64,000 bases of DNA from Isurus oxyrinchus (Eukaryota). Positions within the stretch are counted from its first letter, which is position 1. Each line of letters starts with the position of its first letter. The notes below the pieces were generated by a model. That model saw nothing but the letters and a program-made list of their open reading frames with translations, searched no databases and was not told the origin of the DNA. The position numbers and the translations under genes are program-made. Positions 1 through 13,270 of the stretch are shown one piece after another. The stretch is taken from assembly GCA_026770705.1 (NCBI GenBank), contig JANJGN010000075.1, positions 2,418,001-2,482,000 of the forward strand. Reading direction: 5' to 3'.

Positions 1-71
1 CACAGAGTTTTGTAATTCGCAATTGCTTTGAATAAAGTCATTGTTAACAATGTCTTTTCCTTCTCACGCAC

Positions 72-359
72 CTTCTATAGTCACCATCACAGTTTCGCTC
101 AGTGGAGAACGGGACTGGAGAACCGAAACCCCGTACCTGCATTAGTACCGCCCTCCCTGGTTTAAAGCAGGAATCGAGAACATTACAATTTCATTCTGTT
201 TGGAAGTTGGAGAAATGTTGAGGGCTTGATTATCCCTGTAAATGTAGAAGGTTTTATCGAAATAGCTTGCCCCTGCAGTGCATCTAATGGTGATATACTC
301 TGTTTCTAAGTAAACTCCTGTAGGTTGGTTAAGTGATATCTCCGGGTGTGTTAATTCAT
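72..359 (-). pseudogene. C2-type Ig-domain exon (LRC/A1BG/IGSF1-like) with premature stop; paralog A
   Basis: Acceptor ttcttattccgcag| and donor GAAG|gtgcgt; 288 nt, phase 1/1. Translates (D)ELTHPEISLNQPTGVYLETEYITIRCTAGASYFDKTFYIYRDNQ...NQGGRY*CRYGVSVLQSRSPLSETVMVTIE, with TAA at 142-144 inside the YxC motif. Homologous to the exons at 59-63 kb. Confidence 0.88.
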
Positions 360-1399
360 CTGCGGAATAAGAAACGGAAAATTCTGTTAGGAATGGATCT
401 CCAGGGTTTCAGGTGCAGTGGATTTTGATAACTCAATTCATGTTGAGGGAAGTTGCATCCGTTGGAAATCAGTTGGAGCAAGATGATGCTTAGGGATTTG
501 TTAACTGAGAAAGTGAGAGATATTTGACAAAGTATCTCAGTAACTCTGGGCTTTAAAAATCCCTTCATCGTCACTGAAGTATATATGAAGTCCAGCTATT
601 TCGGTAATACAAGGAATTATATGGCCGTGCCAAAGAAAATAACTCAGCTGGAGTTGTCTTTCAAGTTAGACGTCTGATCAGAAATGTGACTGTGGTATAC
701 AAGGGATTGGGGGAGATTGTTTAATGTGCATTCGACATTTCTAGTTAATTTGTCCGAGGTGAAAATGTAACTTTAAAGAGTGTGGATTTGCATTTCAAAC
801 ACTGGATTTATCCTTGTAAACCGGAAGTATTATGCAATCATTCCGGATGTGAGTGACTCTGGCCAGGCTGAATTCCTTGTGCATCCTACTTGCCTTTGAG
901 AATCTGAGGGTGAGTGTCTCTCAGGCAATGCAGGCCACAATTTGTTGGTAAAACCAATATGCTGATTGGAAGCAGGACGTGGGATTGGGCCCCAAGACAA
1001 CCATACCCCATCCCCCATCTCCAGAATTCCTATCCATAGGCAGAAATTCCATCCCACTCCCTGGAAGCTTCCTGTCCCTGAAGGACTCTCTTGATAATGT
1101 TAGTGTGGCCTTTGACTGTGAGTTGGTCTTATGCGCTCCATCTTCAAGACCACCATTATCCGCCTCAGTGACATCACCTGACTCCACCTCTGCCCCTGTT
1201 CATCTACCATTGTTACGTCCAGATATGTTTATTCCACCTGCATCCTGGTGAAACGTGCATTTTCCACCAGGCATAATCTCGAAGTTAACTAAATCTCTGC
1301 TGCCCTCTGTCTTCATTCGCACCAAAATCCATTGATTCATGACTCCTGTTCTCAAAAAAATACATTCTTCCCACGTCGCCAGCCCATGAAGGAATACTT

Positions 1400-1840
1400 A
1401 GATTTCACAATAATCTCATTCTTGATGTCAACCAACCACAACAGCCCTACCTTCACCTCCTCGCCCCACCTGCCCTCCTCCGCCACCTTCTCCATGGCCC
1501 TCGAGGCCTCTCTATCTGTGCAAACTCCCCCAATCCGAAGACTCCTCCAACATCTCTGCGGTCTTCTTAAAGAGGCTTGTTGAGATTTCCATCATTCCAC
1601 AATTGCCGTCTTCAACTGTCTGGGGGTCCGAAACTCTGGAATTCCTTCGTTGTTCTTTGGCATCTTTCTCTGTCTTAATTTAGTACACTCCTTCATTCCT
1701 GCCTGTTCGGCATATATTTTGGCGAGCGCCACTAAAATCTCTTCCAATTAAAGTATGTCTAATTTCGTTTCAAATTGGTTCCCATGAAGCACATTGGGAC
1801 GTGTTACAGCATTAAAAGTGCTATATAAATGCAAATTCTG
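1400..1840 (+). mobile_element. L2-type LINE 3' end remnant
   Basis: Degenerate C-rich L2 3' region ending in gtgctatataaatgcaa; recognised by pattern only. Confidence 0.5.
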
Positions 1841-3012
1841 GTTGCGATGAAGCTGTCAGAGTCGACTGGTTTTTGGTGGGAAACTGCAGATTATACATAG
1901 TTAACAGCGGTTAATGTTGTTGGATTGAGGGTAAGGTGACAGAGGCGCTACTGGAAGTCTACTCTCTGATTTAGTGCTACATTGCTGCCGAAACAGCACT
2001 GGTGGGGCAGGTAGAGGATTACTCCAGCATGTGGGGATGCGACTGTACTGAACATGGCCTTAGTCAAAGCTGCTAGAAAAACACAAAGACAGATACAACT
2101 CCATGAGTAACATGTTTATTTTATTTTAATTAATCATTGTTCGAGATGGAGATCAACAGTTGCTCTATTTGATCAATTGAAGAGTTCTAGGTGGTGCTCC
2201 AGGCTGGGTTCAGTGGACAGGGAAGATTTTTTTATGAAATTGGACCTCTGCAGTGTTAGAGAATCATTGCCGGGCTAAATGGTGTGAATTATTGAAACAA
2301 ACTGCATGTGAAATGCTAAGTGTATAATATAAATTGAGGAAATTGAGGTGTTTCAGGTAAATTAACTGTATCCTGGTCGAGATAGACAGATTTTATGCCA
2401 CTCGTTTCCGAGTCCAGAACGAGGAGAGAAAGACTAGAAAATAAAACTAACCCTTCCAATGACGATGTCGACAAGAAATCACTGAGTCGAGGAGTGGCTT
2501 TGATCTGGTACTGCAGGATATCTCCAGAGCCTTGGTAAGTTGATAGCATGTTTGTTAGTTTAGGCTTTAAAAGATAATGTAACCAGGGAGTATAGAAGGA
2601 GAGAACAGATGGGCCAGTCACGCTGGCATTCAACAACAGAACAGACATAAAGGATACAGTGGCCTCCTTCGCCATGATGACAAATGTGAGGACTTGGAAT
2701 GGAAAATTAATACAAATTTTGAGGTCATTTTAACATTCAATAGAACATTGGTCTGTGACTATTTGGAATGCTGGGATGCTGCCTCGTCATTCTCGGCACA
2801 GAAAGGAAATGGGATAAAGTGTCAAAAAAGGGCATTTCACATAACGTCTTCACAATGACAACTGTCAGAATACATGCATTGCAGCTATCACTGCGACAAC
2901 AGCATGGGTTATAGCAACCAAATTCATTTCAATTAAAGCAAACTGATTGATTTACCAGTGTGGGAATTAATTATTCACTGTCAGAATTTTAGAGAGAAAC
3001 GTCAATACTTAC

Positions 3013-3044
3013 ATTAGACACGCTCCGCTGAACCGCAAAAGCCA
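3013..3044 (-). pseudogene. Leader mini-exon 2 of paralog A
   Basis: Strong acceptor ttttctcccttttcag| and donor AAT|gtaagt; 32 nt reading (x)AFAVQRSVSN in phase 1. It is one nt short of symmetric phase. Confidence 0.6.
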
Positions 3045-3119
3045 CTGAAAAGGGAGAAAATGAAGTGATTAAATGAAGACCAGAACCTTCCCTTATTCCC
3101 AAGAATCGGAGATCGATAC

Positions 3120-3157
3120 ATTACAGTACAGAGAAGGCTATTCCTCTCTTCACACAT
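3120..3157 (-). pseudogene. Decayed leader exon 1 of paralog A
   Basis: ATG-T-GTG AAG AGA GGA ATA GCC TTC TCT GTA CTG TAA T|gtatcg. GTG to donor is 34 nt reading (M)KRGIAFSVL*; joined to the next exon it gives a signal-peptide-like sequence. The donor is weak and the intron is 75 nt. Confidence 0.45.
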
Positions 3158-4129
3158 TTGTCGGCTCCTTTGTGGTGTTTTGCAATTAAGCCCACTCCCT
3201 GCTTTTCCCAATATCCATGGATTCTGTTTTGTATGCAGCTGCTTATCCAATTCATTTTCAAATGTTTATAATGCAATTTCAGGAGGTGCATTCCAGATCA
3301 CAACAATTCGCTGTTTGTAAAGAAATTTGTCCCCATCATGCCCCATTTTGTTCTTTTGCCAAGTATGTTCAATTATGTGTCCTCTGGTTACCACCACTGG
3401 AATTACTTGCTCCTTTTCCAATCCATCAAAATCCATCGTGATTTTGAACACCGCCATCAGTTCTCCACTGACACCTTTCTACTCTAAGCACAAGAATCTC
3501 AGAGTTTCCATTCTCCGGACAGAACTGCAGTGTGGGACTGGGAGGCGCAGGCAATACGATACAGTCCTAGCTTTCAGGAGTGAACTTAGGAAACTAGGGC
3601 GGCGTAAGATTGGAAATAGTTCCTGCCAAAGGCCAGGTCAATGGTTTATGTATTTCATAATTAACAGTATCACTTGATCTCAACCAGAGCCTGGCATCTA
3701 CCATTCCTCTTGAATTCTCTCATGGGACATCACTGCCTCATCTTGTATCTACATCCATTTTTCTTTGCGAATTATTTGGTGACGTGGATACAGGCAAATG
3801 GCATTTTACAATAAACCACACTGGTTTCATACTTATTCCTCCACTCGGGATTCGATCACAGATCCATAAACCATTACTGCAGATCATTAGTCCAGTGATA
3901 CACTACTATGTCACCGCTTCCTACTGGCTGCGTGGCCGTGATCTAATTTAAAGGTATCAAAGACTTGAAGTGTTAAATGACCTGTTGATTTTCCTTTATC
4001 CTGTTCAGTTTCCTGGTCTTTATTTTCTAAGCCAAACCTGCCACATTCTGCGCCAGCTGAAAATGTAGTGACGTAGAAATTATTGTAAAGAGTGTGGAGC
4101 ACAGAAGCAGATTTCAGGTGGACATATGC

Positions 4130-4790
4130 AGCCTGGTGAAATGTGGATTTTTTTTTACGGTAATTGTGAGGTGATGCATTCAGAGAGGACTCAGGAGAAA
4201 AGGCAACTTGAAGAAAATTGAAAAAGTTCTGAAGTGTGCAGGAAGAGAGGTCACGTACACAAAGATTTCAAGATGGTGGAAACACGTTTGAAGAAGTTCA
4301 GAGAAGATTGACCAGACTGATACTTGGAATGGGTGGGTTGTCTTATGAGGAAAGCCTGGACAGACCAGGCTTGTATTAGCTGGAATTTAGAAGAGTAAGG
4401 GGCGACTTCATTCAACCACATAAGAACCTGATGAGCCTTGAGAGGGTGGATGTGAAGAGGATTTTCCTCTTTTGGGAGAATCTAGAACTAGGGGTCACTG
4501 ATTAAAACTAAGGGGTCGCCCATTTAAAAGGAACATGAGGATGTGTTTTTCCACTCAGGGAGTCGTGAGCCTTTGGAACTCTGTTCCTGAAAACGCTGTG
4601 GAAGCAGAGTGTTTGATATGCTCAAGGCAGAGGTGAATAGATTCTTGGAAAGCAAGGGGCTGCTCCTTTGTAAAAGGAGTGCAGCTGCGGTAACAATTAG
4701 ATCAGCCATGATTTTATTAAATGGCAGGGCAGGATGGAGGGGCCGAATGGCCTACTCCTGCTCCTTTATTGTATGTTCGTAAGTAAACGT
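4130..4790 (+). mobile_element. CR1 (HER1-like) LINE 3' fragment
   Basis: Encodes LEEVQRRLTRLILGMGGLSYEESL-like RT C-terminus and ends in the ggccgaatggcctactcctgctcct tail. Confidence 0.85.
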
Positions 4791-5539
4791 TGAAGAATCT
4801 GGGGCAAATAAAACAATCTTGCTGGAATTGTGGTTCTACAAATAAACACAAACAATAAAAAAGAGAGGAAGCCATTCTCAAACATGCATAAATCATCGAC
4901 TAGGCTTCATCTGGAATATGCTGTCCAATTTTGGTGTCCACTTTAGAGAGGATTTCAAAGACTTTGAAAGGCTGGAAAAGATAATGCCACATTGGTACCG
5001 CGATGAGGAGGCTTCAGTGATGTGGAGAGATAGGAAAAGCTGGTATCGTTCTCCTAATTGTGAGATATTCAGTAATGGAACAAACAGATTCAGGCACACG
5101 TACTGAGGCAGACACACAGACTGATGCAGAACAGAGAAGGCTATGAGGACACATGCTGGAGGTTTCCGAATGTTCGAAGGTTTTGACTGATGGAATAAGG
5201 AGAAAGCAGGGGGAAAACTGGGGAAACGTGGTGCTTCCTTGATATGTGATCAAGCGAGATTGGAGTCTGCAGAGGATGGATTGTGAGGTCAAGGCTCCTC
5301 TGGAATTCCGAGCCCACTCAGGTTGGTTTTGCGAGACGGACGCAAGATGAGAGTGATTTATTTCCCCAGATTCAACCCCTTTCTATCCCTTGATTTTAAC
5401 ATGTTGCACCAACCACCTGTCTTCAGCTTTCACAAAAGGCCGCTGAACTTAGAGAGAAGAGGCAGTGCATGAGGATCTGGAGAATATTTCTTTTTTTTTC
5501 CATAGTTAAGGAAACTTGGTATAAATTTCACTGCCCGAG

Positions 5540-5855
5540 TATCTGTCACTGTCTGTGTGGAAATCTCTGTGTGGACATGAGTCTATCTCTGTGTCTGTCG
5601 CTGTTGTGCGCCTGTCTCTGTCTGTGAGAGTGTATCTCACTGTATGTATGTGTGTTTAAATGTTTCCCAATGTTTGTTTGTCTCTGTCTGTGTGACAGCC
5701 TCTACCAGTTGCCTGTCCCCGTTTGTGTCTCTCTCCCTTGAAGTGTTTCTCTGAGTCTGACTCTGTGAGCCTATCTCTGTCTAAGGTCTGACTATGTGCA
5801 TGCGCCTTTCTCTGTCTGAATGTCTGCTTCCGTCTGAGTCTCTGTCTCCGTCGGC
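5540..5855. repeat. Degenerate (TCTG/TG)n simple repeat
   Basis: Low-complexity tctgtg/tgtc runs. Confidence 0.9.
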
Positions 5856-7139
5856 GAGCACAATTATGGAATGAATCCATGTATTAGCATTAACCTTTAA
5901 ATTTGAAAAAAAATCAGGTAGGTACTTGTTAAAATTGAGCAGAAAGTGCAGCTGCTCTAACTTGTTTATTAAAGGAAGTTAGTCTCCGCCAATATACATA
6001 TCGTTATCTCAATGATGTGACCAACTGCAGCCGATTAAAAGAGGGGGTGATGTCTACATAATCAAATCCGAGCAGTGTTTCACTTTTCAATAACAAGAAT
6101 AATTTATTAACTTCCACAAGCATCACACTTCGCATATCAACTAAATGGATAAGGAATGAAAATTAAATATCAATAGGTGAATCATTTGGAAATCTGACTG
6201 TTTTTGTCAGAGGCACTGTTTACAACAGAAATCTGGGGCTTTACAGCAGAAACATATCATCTCAACCTCAAAGCAATTTAATCCTTGGGACTGGAAACAA
6301 TGATTCAGAGGCTGACATGTGTTGAAACACATTGAATGAAAACACAGTTTAATAATTTTTGTACATACTTTGATCAGATTAAATAATTCATCCTGCATTA
6401 AATCACCAGCAGTGGTGCGGATATACTGACTGAATCACCCTGCACTTAATTATTCAAACAATTCAATGCAATTTACTTCAAATACGTAGCAGTTATTGAA
6501 ATGCTGCAAAGATGCTCAGAAGTTGTTAATAAGCAGACACGTTACATTATGGCAACATGTTGAAGATTCGAGCGCCGTATCATCGTCTTTTTACTGACGG
6601 GATTTTTAAAAAATCCTCATCAAGTATGTGAAAATGAAGATAACAGCCAAAGAGAGAATTGGTCCCTGAGAGCGGTTGTCAAAATGTCTGACTGGATTTC
6701 TCGTTCTGAAAGGAAAGAACAAAAAGAACAATCGAAAGAGCTGATTCACAAAAACATAATTGAATCACCGGTTAGGACACAGCTAATTTATTCTGACGAT
6801 GTCTGAGCAAAGCATTTTAGAAACGATTTCGAGGTCTTTGCAACTTTGCAAAATGCAGTTTGTCGAAAATTATACCAGGGATAGGTATCTTCAGTTTTAC
6901 AATCCCAGTCCGGGGGTTTGAAAGGTGGGCCATCCGCAGGGAGTGTGTGACGAATGTTTTGACATGCAGAGCTCTTCCTATCTCTCCATTAATCATAATC
7001 ACCGTTTACCTTCAGGCTTCATCGTTCCCGTGGATACTCCACGGTATAAAGGGCGGCAAATTTGAAGAAAATGACACTGTGAACAAGGGCCTGGTCAGAA
7101 AATGTTCCTCTATGGGTAAGGACCTTTGAAAATGCCACA

Positions 7140-8265
7140 GTGTGTGTGATTGCCTCTGTCTAGTTCTCTGCATCATGTCTGTGTGACAACCTCTACCTTA
7201 GTATCTGCGTCACTCTGTCTGCCTGTCTCGCTCTGTGTCTCTCCATTTATTTTCCTATTTTACTCTTCATCTCAAATTGTGTCTCGTTCTCTTTCTGCGT
7301 GGCTCTGTCTGTGTGACAGTCTCTTTCTGTGTGTCTGTCTCTGTCTGTTTAGTTGTCACAGTCTGTGCATCTCTCTTGTCGTGTAGCTGTTTAAGTCTTT
7401 GTGCCTATTTCTGTTTGTATGACTGTCTCCGTGTACACATCTGTCTGTATCTGTTTCTTACTGTCATTGTGCCATTCTCTGACTTTTTAGCGTCCTTGTC
7501 TGTGTTTCTGCATGTCTGCCTGTGTGCCTGCCTCTGCCTTTGCGTCTAATAAGACTTGTGTGCGTGCCACAGCCTGTGTTTCTGTCAAAGTCTGTGTGAC
7601 TGTCATTGTCTGTGTACCTACCCCTGCAAGTGTGTCTGTCACTTTCTGCGCACGTGACTTTCTTTGAGTCTGTCTCTGTTTGAGTAGCTATTTTTGTCTG
7701 TGTGTCTCTCTCTGTTTTTGTGACTGTCACTGAGCCCGTGTCTGTCCGTACATCTTTGCCACGAATAACTGTGTGTCTCTCATTGACAATGATTCTGTCA
7801 CTGCCTGTGTTTCTGTCTCTGTCTGTGCGTTTGTCACTGGGAGCGTTTGTCAACGCCTGTTTGTCTCTCACTACGTTTGTCACTATGTTTGTCCCTGTCA
7901 CTGACTATGTGCCTGTCTCTGCCTGTGTCTCTGTCACTGTCTGTGTCTCTATCTCTGTGTGCCTGAAACTGCGTTTTTATCTTGAATTTGTGTGTATCAC
8001 TTTATTTCTCTGCCAATGTTTGTGTGTCTGTCTCTGTATTTGTCTTTCTCTTTATTTGTATGTCACTGTCTGTTTGTCTGACACTGCCTGTGTGTCTGTC
8101 TCCGCTTTTTGTTTCTCACTGTCTATGCCTCGGCCCCTGTGTGCTTGCAACTGTCTGTGTTCCTGTCTTGAATGTATGCCTGCCACTGTCTTTGCTTCTG
8201 TCATTGTCTGTGTGTCTCTCCTTGTCTGTCTGTCTGTCTCTTTGTCTGTCTGTCTCTCTGTCGCA
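7140..8265. repeat. Degenerate (TCTG/TG)n simple repeat
   Basis: About 1.1 kb of tgtc/tctg runs; source of the spurious Cys/Val/Ser ORFs. Confidence 0.92.
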
Positions 8266-9044
8266 TGGTGGCATGATATGCGGCTTTAACAGCAAGTTAA
8301 GGTAGCAAGTCAATGTAAAAGGAAAATATCAACCATGAAAGGCAACTGCTGCAATGTGTTAACTGAAGGATATTATTTACGGCCCTTTATAGAGATCTCT
8401 ATCTCAAGGATGTAATCCATGCAAGAAGACCAAAGGAACAACTGCCACCTAGAAAATTAGACCCGATAATTGTTACAATTCACGTTTGCAAGTGTAGTTT
8501 ATTAACTGTCAATAAGGTCACACTTCGTGTAAGAAGTTAATGGGCAGTGGAAGAAAATTAAACATCAATCGATAACAAAAATGATAAAGTATCTAGCTGA
8601 ATTTCAGAGTGACAGCAAGAGTATGGAAGAGAAACTTGGGGTTTCAGATCAGAAACACATCATCTCAGAAAAAGCATTTGAGCGTTTACTGATAAAGCAA
8701 TGCTAAAGAGAGATGAAACACATTGCATAAAAGTATATTGTGAAAACCATAAATTAAATACTTTTAAAGACATATTAATTAATTATTGGATAATTAATTT
8801 TCGCGGTCTTCCATACTGAATCTCCCTGAATAATAATATTCAAGTTATCTCCTATACAATTAAATCACTAATTATACCACATAACATCTTTGAATCTGTT
8901 AACACAAATACACATCAAATGTTGCCAACAAACTGAGCAATTGCACAACATATTACATTATAAAAACGGACAGAAAATAAAAAAATCTCAAAAAGAATAT
9001 TAAAAAGCAAGTTACATACATAGCGAAAATGAGAACTGGTCACA

Positions 9045-10930
9045 TGGAGGGGTAGATTGCAAAATTACTAATGGGGAAAAAGGAAATGACAAATTATTTG
9101 CGCAAGTTTTAAAAAATCTGTNNNNNNNNNNNNNNNNNNNNNNNNNNNNNNNNNNNNNNNNNNNNNNNNNNNNNNNNNNNNNNNNNNNNNNNNNNNNNNN
9201 NNNNNNNNNNNNNNNNNNNNNNNNNNNNNNNNNNNNNNNNNNNNNNNNNNNNNNNNNNNNNNNNNNNNNNNNNNNNNNNNNNNNNNNNNNNNNNNNNNNN
9301 NNNNNNNNNNNNNNNNNNNNNNNNAAAAAGGGAGGGACAAGCTAATACAAACAGGGTCCCTGGAGAAAAAGTACTGGGAAGGCAAATTGAACTAAAGGCT
9401 GAACTGGCTCCTGGAATCCATGGCCTGCATCGTGGGGTCCTAATGGAAGGCGCAGCAGGAGTATTGGGTACACTGGTTGCAATCATCCAATATTCCTTAA
9501 TTCTGGAAAACTTCCATCTGCTTGGAAAATTGCTACTGTAGCGCCTAAATTCTAGAAAAATACACTTCAAGAAAGAACAGTGAACTATATACCTGTTAGA
9601 TAAGCACCTGACGTTGTGATAATGGCACAATTCATTATGAAGAATGTAGTAGCAGGGCACATATAAATTCAAAATATAATCAGGCAGAGTGAACATGTTC
9701 CTGTGGAATTGAAATGGAGTTTGGTAAATGTATGTTTCCTTTGAGAATGTAACAACGACGCTCGACAGTGGGGAGCCTGTAGATCTAGTGTAATTGGATT
9801 TACAAATGCTATTCGATAAGCTACCACGTTAAATGTTAATGCAGCACTAAATGAGAGCTCATGATATTATGGATGAAATAAGGGCAAGGATAAAGGACTG
9901 GGAAACTAACTGCAAATGGAGATGAGGGGGAATTGGAACACATTTAGTTTGGCACACTGTAACAAATGGACTGTCACAGGGATCGGTGCTGGAACTACAA
10001 ACATTTATTAACAACATGAATGTTTGGATGATGGGATTGGGCTGAATTGCAGCCACATTTGCAATGACAGAAAGATGGGCAGGAAAGCAAGTTACGAGGA
10101 GGATACGGTGAGTCAGCAAAGGATAAATCAAATGAGTGATTGGCCAAGAATTTGGTAGTTGGAGTATAATCTTGGAAAATATGAACTTTTCCAAATGGCA
10201 GAACAAAAGAGGATATTGATTACAATGGGGAGAGTCTGCAAAATGTTCTTCTAGAGTGGGCCCTGAGTGCCCTTGGACATGAATCATAGAGAAGTACAAT
10301 GAAGGCACAACAAAAATTGATGGAAGAAATAGAACTATGGGCATTGTGCTGCTAAGGGGTTTGACTTTAAATGTAGGGAAGCGCACCGCATTTTTACAGA
10401 GCATTGGTGAGAATATAGCAAGAGTTGTGTCTACAACCTTGTTCTCCAGGCTCAAGGAAGGATATTCTTGCTTTAGGAGCAATTCACACAAGTTTCACTG
10501 ATACCTCGGTTAAAGCGATAGCCTTCAGGAAAGGCTGAGCAGATTGGGCCTGTGCACAATGGCGATTAGAAATCTGAGAGTTGGATTAGAGAAGCACACG
10601 AGGCTCTAAGCGTGTTTCACAGACTCGATAATAGGCTAATTCTCTCCCCGTGGGCTGACTGAGAATTACAGCTCGCAGTTTACGAATAAGGATTCGCACA
10701 GATAAATGGCATTGAAAAGGCAGCATTTGTTTTCCCTGGAGTTATCTCCAGCAGGGATCAGTGAAGGCTTTGAAATTTAATATATTCAAGGCTATGATAC
10801 ACAAGGACAGCCAGGTGCTTGAGGGATGGCAAGAAACTGGAGTGAAGATCGCCATTTGATCAGTTAAGATTGCGTTGAATGGCGGAGTGGGCACGAGGGG
10901 TTGAATGGCCTACACCAGCTGATTTTTCGA
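9045..10930 (+). mobile_element. Degenerate CR1 ORF2 (RT) fragment to 3' tail, spanning the gap
   Basis: Remnant RT motifs (WKIATV, LDLQMLFDK, GLSQGSVL) with frameshifts, and the gaatggcctacacc tail; paralogous to 22345-24020. Confidence 0.8.
9122..9324. other. Assembly gap (203 N)
   Basis: Run of N. Confidence 1.
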
Positions 10931-13270
10931 TTAAATTAACGAATTGATGATCTCATGTGTAAGGTCTTAAAATGTAGGGAATAGTTAAGTTTGTAAGAGG
11001 GGCATTGAAATTCTGGTGCAGTATGGATCCATATGAACATCACAACAAATACTGTACATGTATCACAAAACGATTAACTCGAATATTTAAGAAAATTTAA
11101 TTGGGCCTTTTTATCATATCCAGCAGCACATAAATTATCCAGCACAGGAAGGACGGGACGAATGAACTCCTGTATTTGTATCGGTAAATCTAATCATATG
11201 TGTTGTATTCGGTCTCCATTTGGAAACACTGTTAATAATCAATGGCTGTCATCAGTGTATGTCCTTTGTCTAAAGGACATAACCCAATAGAAATAAGTTT
11301 AAAAAATCACTAAAGATCCATTTACTGACCGAAGGAAAGCTTCTTTGGAAGTCAAAGGATAGCAGCTGGGTGTCGTGTATGTGCAAACACTGAGCATGGT
11401 TGCAGAACCCCAAATGTGTCCAAACCAAGAAACATCATGTGAATGTGCCAGAGCTCCAATATGGAACAGTTGGAGGCATTGAGAGTGGAATTGAAAGAAT
11501 TGAATATAGTAATTGAGAGGTGAATTCTCAACACAAAGATAGACTGCAACATTTTTCTTCATTAGTCTCCGCGCACCTTGCAGCTCTCTCTCTCTCTCAG
11601 TGATGTGTTCAGCTCTCCCAGGCTGATGAGAAAGTGGAGTTAACTCCAGATTCCAAATCGAAACGCTGCCTGAATTATTCGCCAGAGCTGTTTAGTTTTA
11701 CAGTTGGTAAAGACACCAGCTTAAAGCTAACAGAAGGTATATTCAAAGCTGCTGAAGGCTGGGGACATGACTGAAAAGTAAGCAGACGGAGCGAAAGTGG
11801 ACATTATTAAGGATGATAGGAATGGCACTTAGGCGTTAGAGCGGAAGGGAGTGTTTTCAACTTCATGGCGCTTTAGTGCAAACAAACAGGAACATTGCGT
11901 CTGTCAGTAACGACATTGGGTTATATTTAATAGAATATCCGTAAATAAAATTTACTAGAATATTCCCTAATTGTGTTCAATATTTTACTCCAATTTAACT
12001 TTCCAAATCTCCCAAAGGCGCTCGCTGATGAAGGATCCCGTCAACGCTGGATTCCCCATCACATTATCGGACCCAGATTCAGATAAGATCTTGATGAGAT
12101 CACGAGCCCCCCAGACAATTATGGTGTTAAAGTCCTATAAATCTTTTGAATTGTTTCTAACTTGTTTATGTTCATTCAGGGATGTGGGCATCGTTGGCTC
12201 GGCCGGCGTTTATTGCCCATCCCTAATTCCCCTCATTGCAAGGACAATTTTAAGAGTCAACCACATTTCTGTGATCTGGACTCACATGTAGGACAGACCA
12301 GAGAACGACGGCAGATTTACTCCCTTAAACGTATTTCACCCGCCCATGCCCACTTCGCAGCACAGAACAAATATCACCCAATAATCAGCAGCTGTGTCAC
12401 AACACTTTTCCGATGTTCCCTTCCTGTGGCTTTGGAGCACTGAGATGACTGGTAGTCAGACCGAACAACCAGGACTAAGCAGACAATCGGCCCAGCCGAG
12501 GTTTTGGGCAGACAGACTCCCATTTCCAAAGAATAAATTCACTCTTCTCCTAATCACGTCACAGAGCACGCTTGTAACTAATAATACCGATCGTAGAATT
12601 TACTTCAACATGTGCAATGTGGAATTCGGGAGATACCTCTTGACCCAGGGACAGGGCAGAATATGGGAAACTGCAACTCATGAGCAGATGAGGGCTATAG
12701 AATTGATCCTTTTCAGGGGAAATATGTTCGGAAACAGGTAGGCGATAGATATTATGAGGAAGTGGTGATTACGTTGGATGAACCAGAGTGGAAGGAGGAT
12801 GGTGTGGAGCATCAATTGCAGCATAGGGCTGATAGGCCGAGTGAGGTATTTCTCTGCTTTGAAAACAAATAATTTCAACGAATGTTAGGCATGTAGCGAC
12901 AAAAAAAGCACTAACCGAAAATGACTGTGTTCAGCATCGAAGCCCTTCACTTCTGATGTAGTGAAATTTAACCATCACAGCAAGAACAGAATATCAGCGT
13001 GAAAGTTTTGTTTGAACACACTGAATACAAACATATTATAAAATATTTTCGACATGACCTCAGCCGTAAATAGTATTAAGCCTTAATATGTGCAGCAGTA
13101 CTGTGAGAGGAGCAGTAGCAGCTGACGGCTTTCAGGCATTCATTGATCATCAAAACTGAATTCAAGACTGATAACTACAGAAACTCACTTAATATTTCAC
13201 CAGCATTTCTTAGCATCTCAATGCCTGGAAACATTTGGGCGCATCACACAAATTAAGTGGGTTAAGATGA
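10930..13270. repeat. Local duplication unit Z, copy 1
   Basis: Colinear with 14030-17640 and 24020-26310 (e.g. tgcaaacactgagcat...cccca, cattagtctcc, tttgggcgcatcacaca). Confidence 0.85.

Noticed and set aside
7150-8313. Long Cys/Val/Ser/Leu-rich ORFs (also 17971-18447 and 20249-21613)
   Set aside because: Translation artefacts of stop-poor (TCTG/TG)n repeats.
9859-10491. 210-aa minus-strand ORF, the longest in the track
   Set aside because: Antisense to a degenerate CR1 reverse transcriptase fragment.
11299-11562. Conserved HSHxxxWxxH(M/I)WGSAxML peptide in three Z copies
   Set aside because: Explained by DNA-level duplication; the copy at 24.5 kb is frameshifted on both sides and there is no common start.
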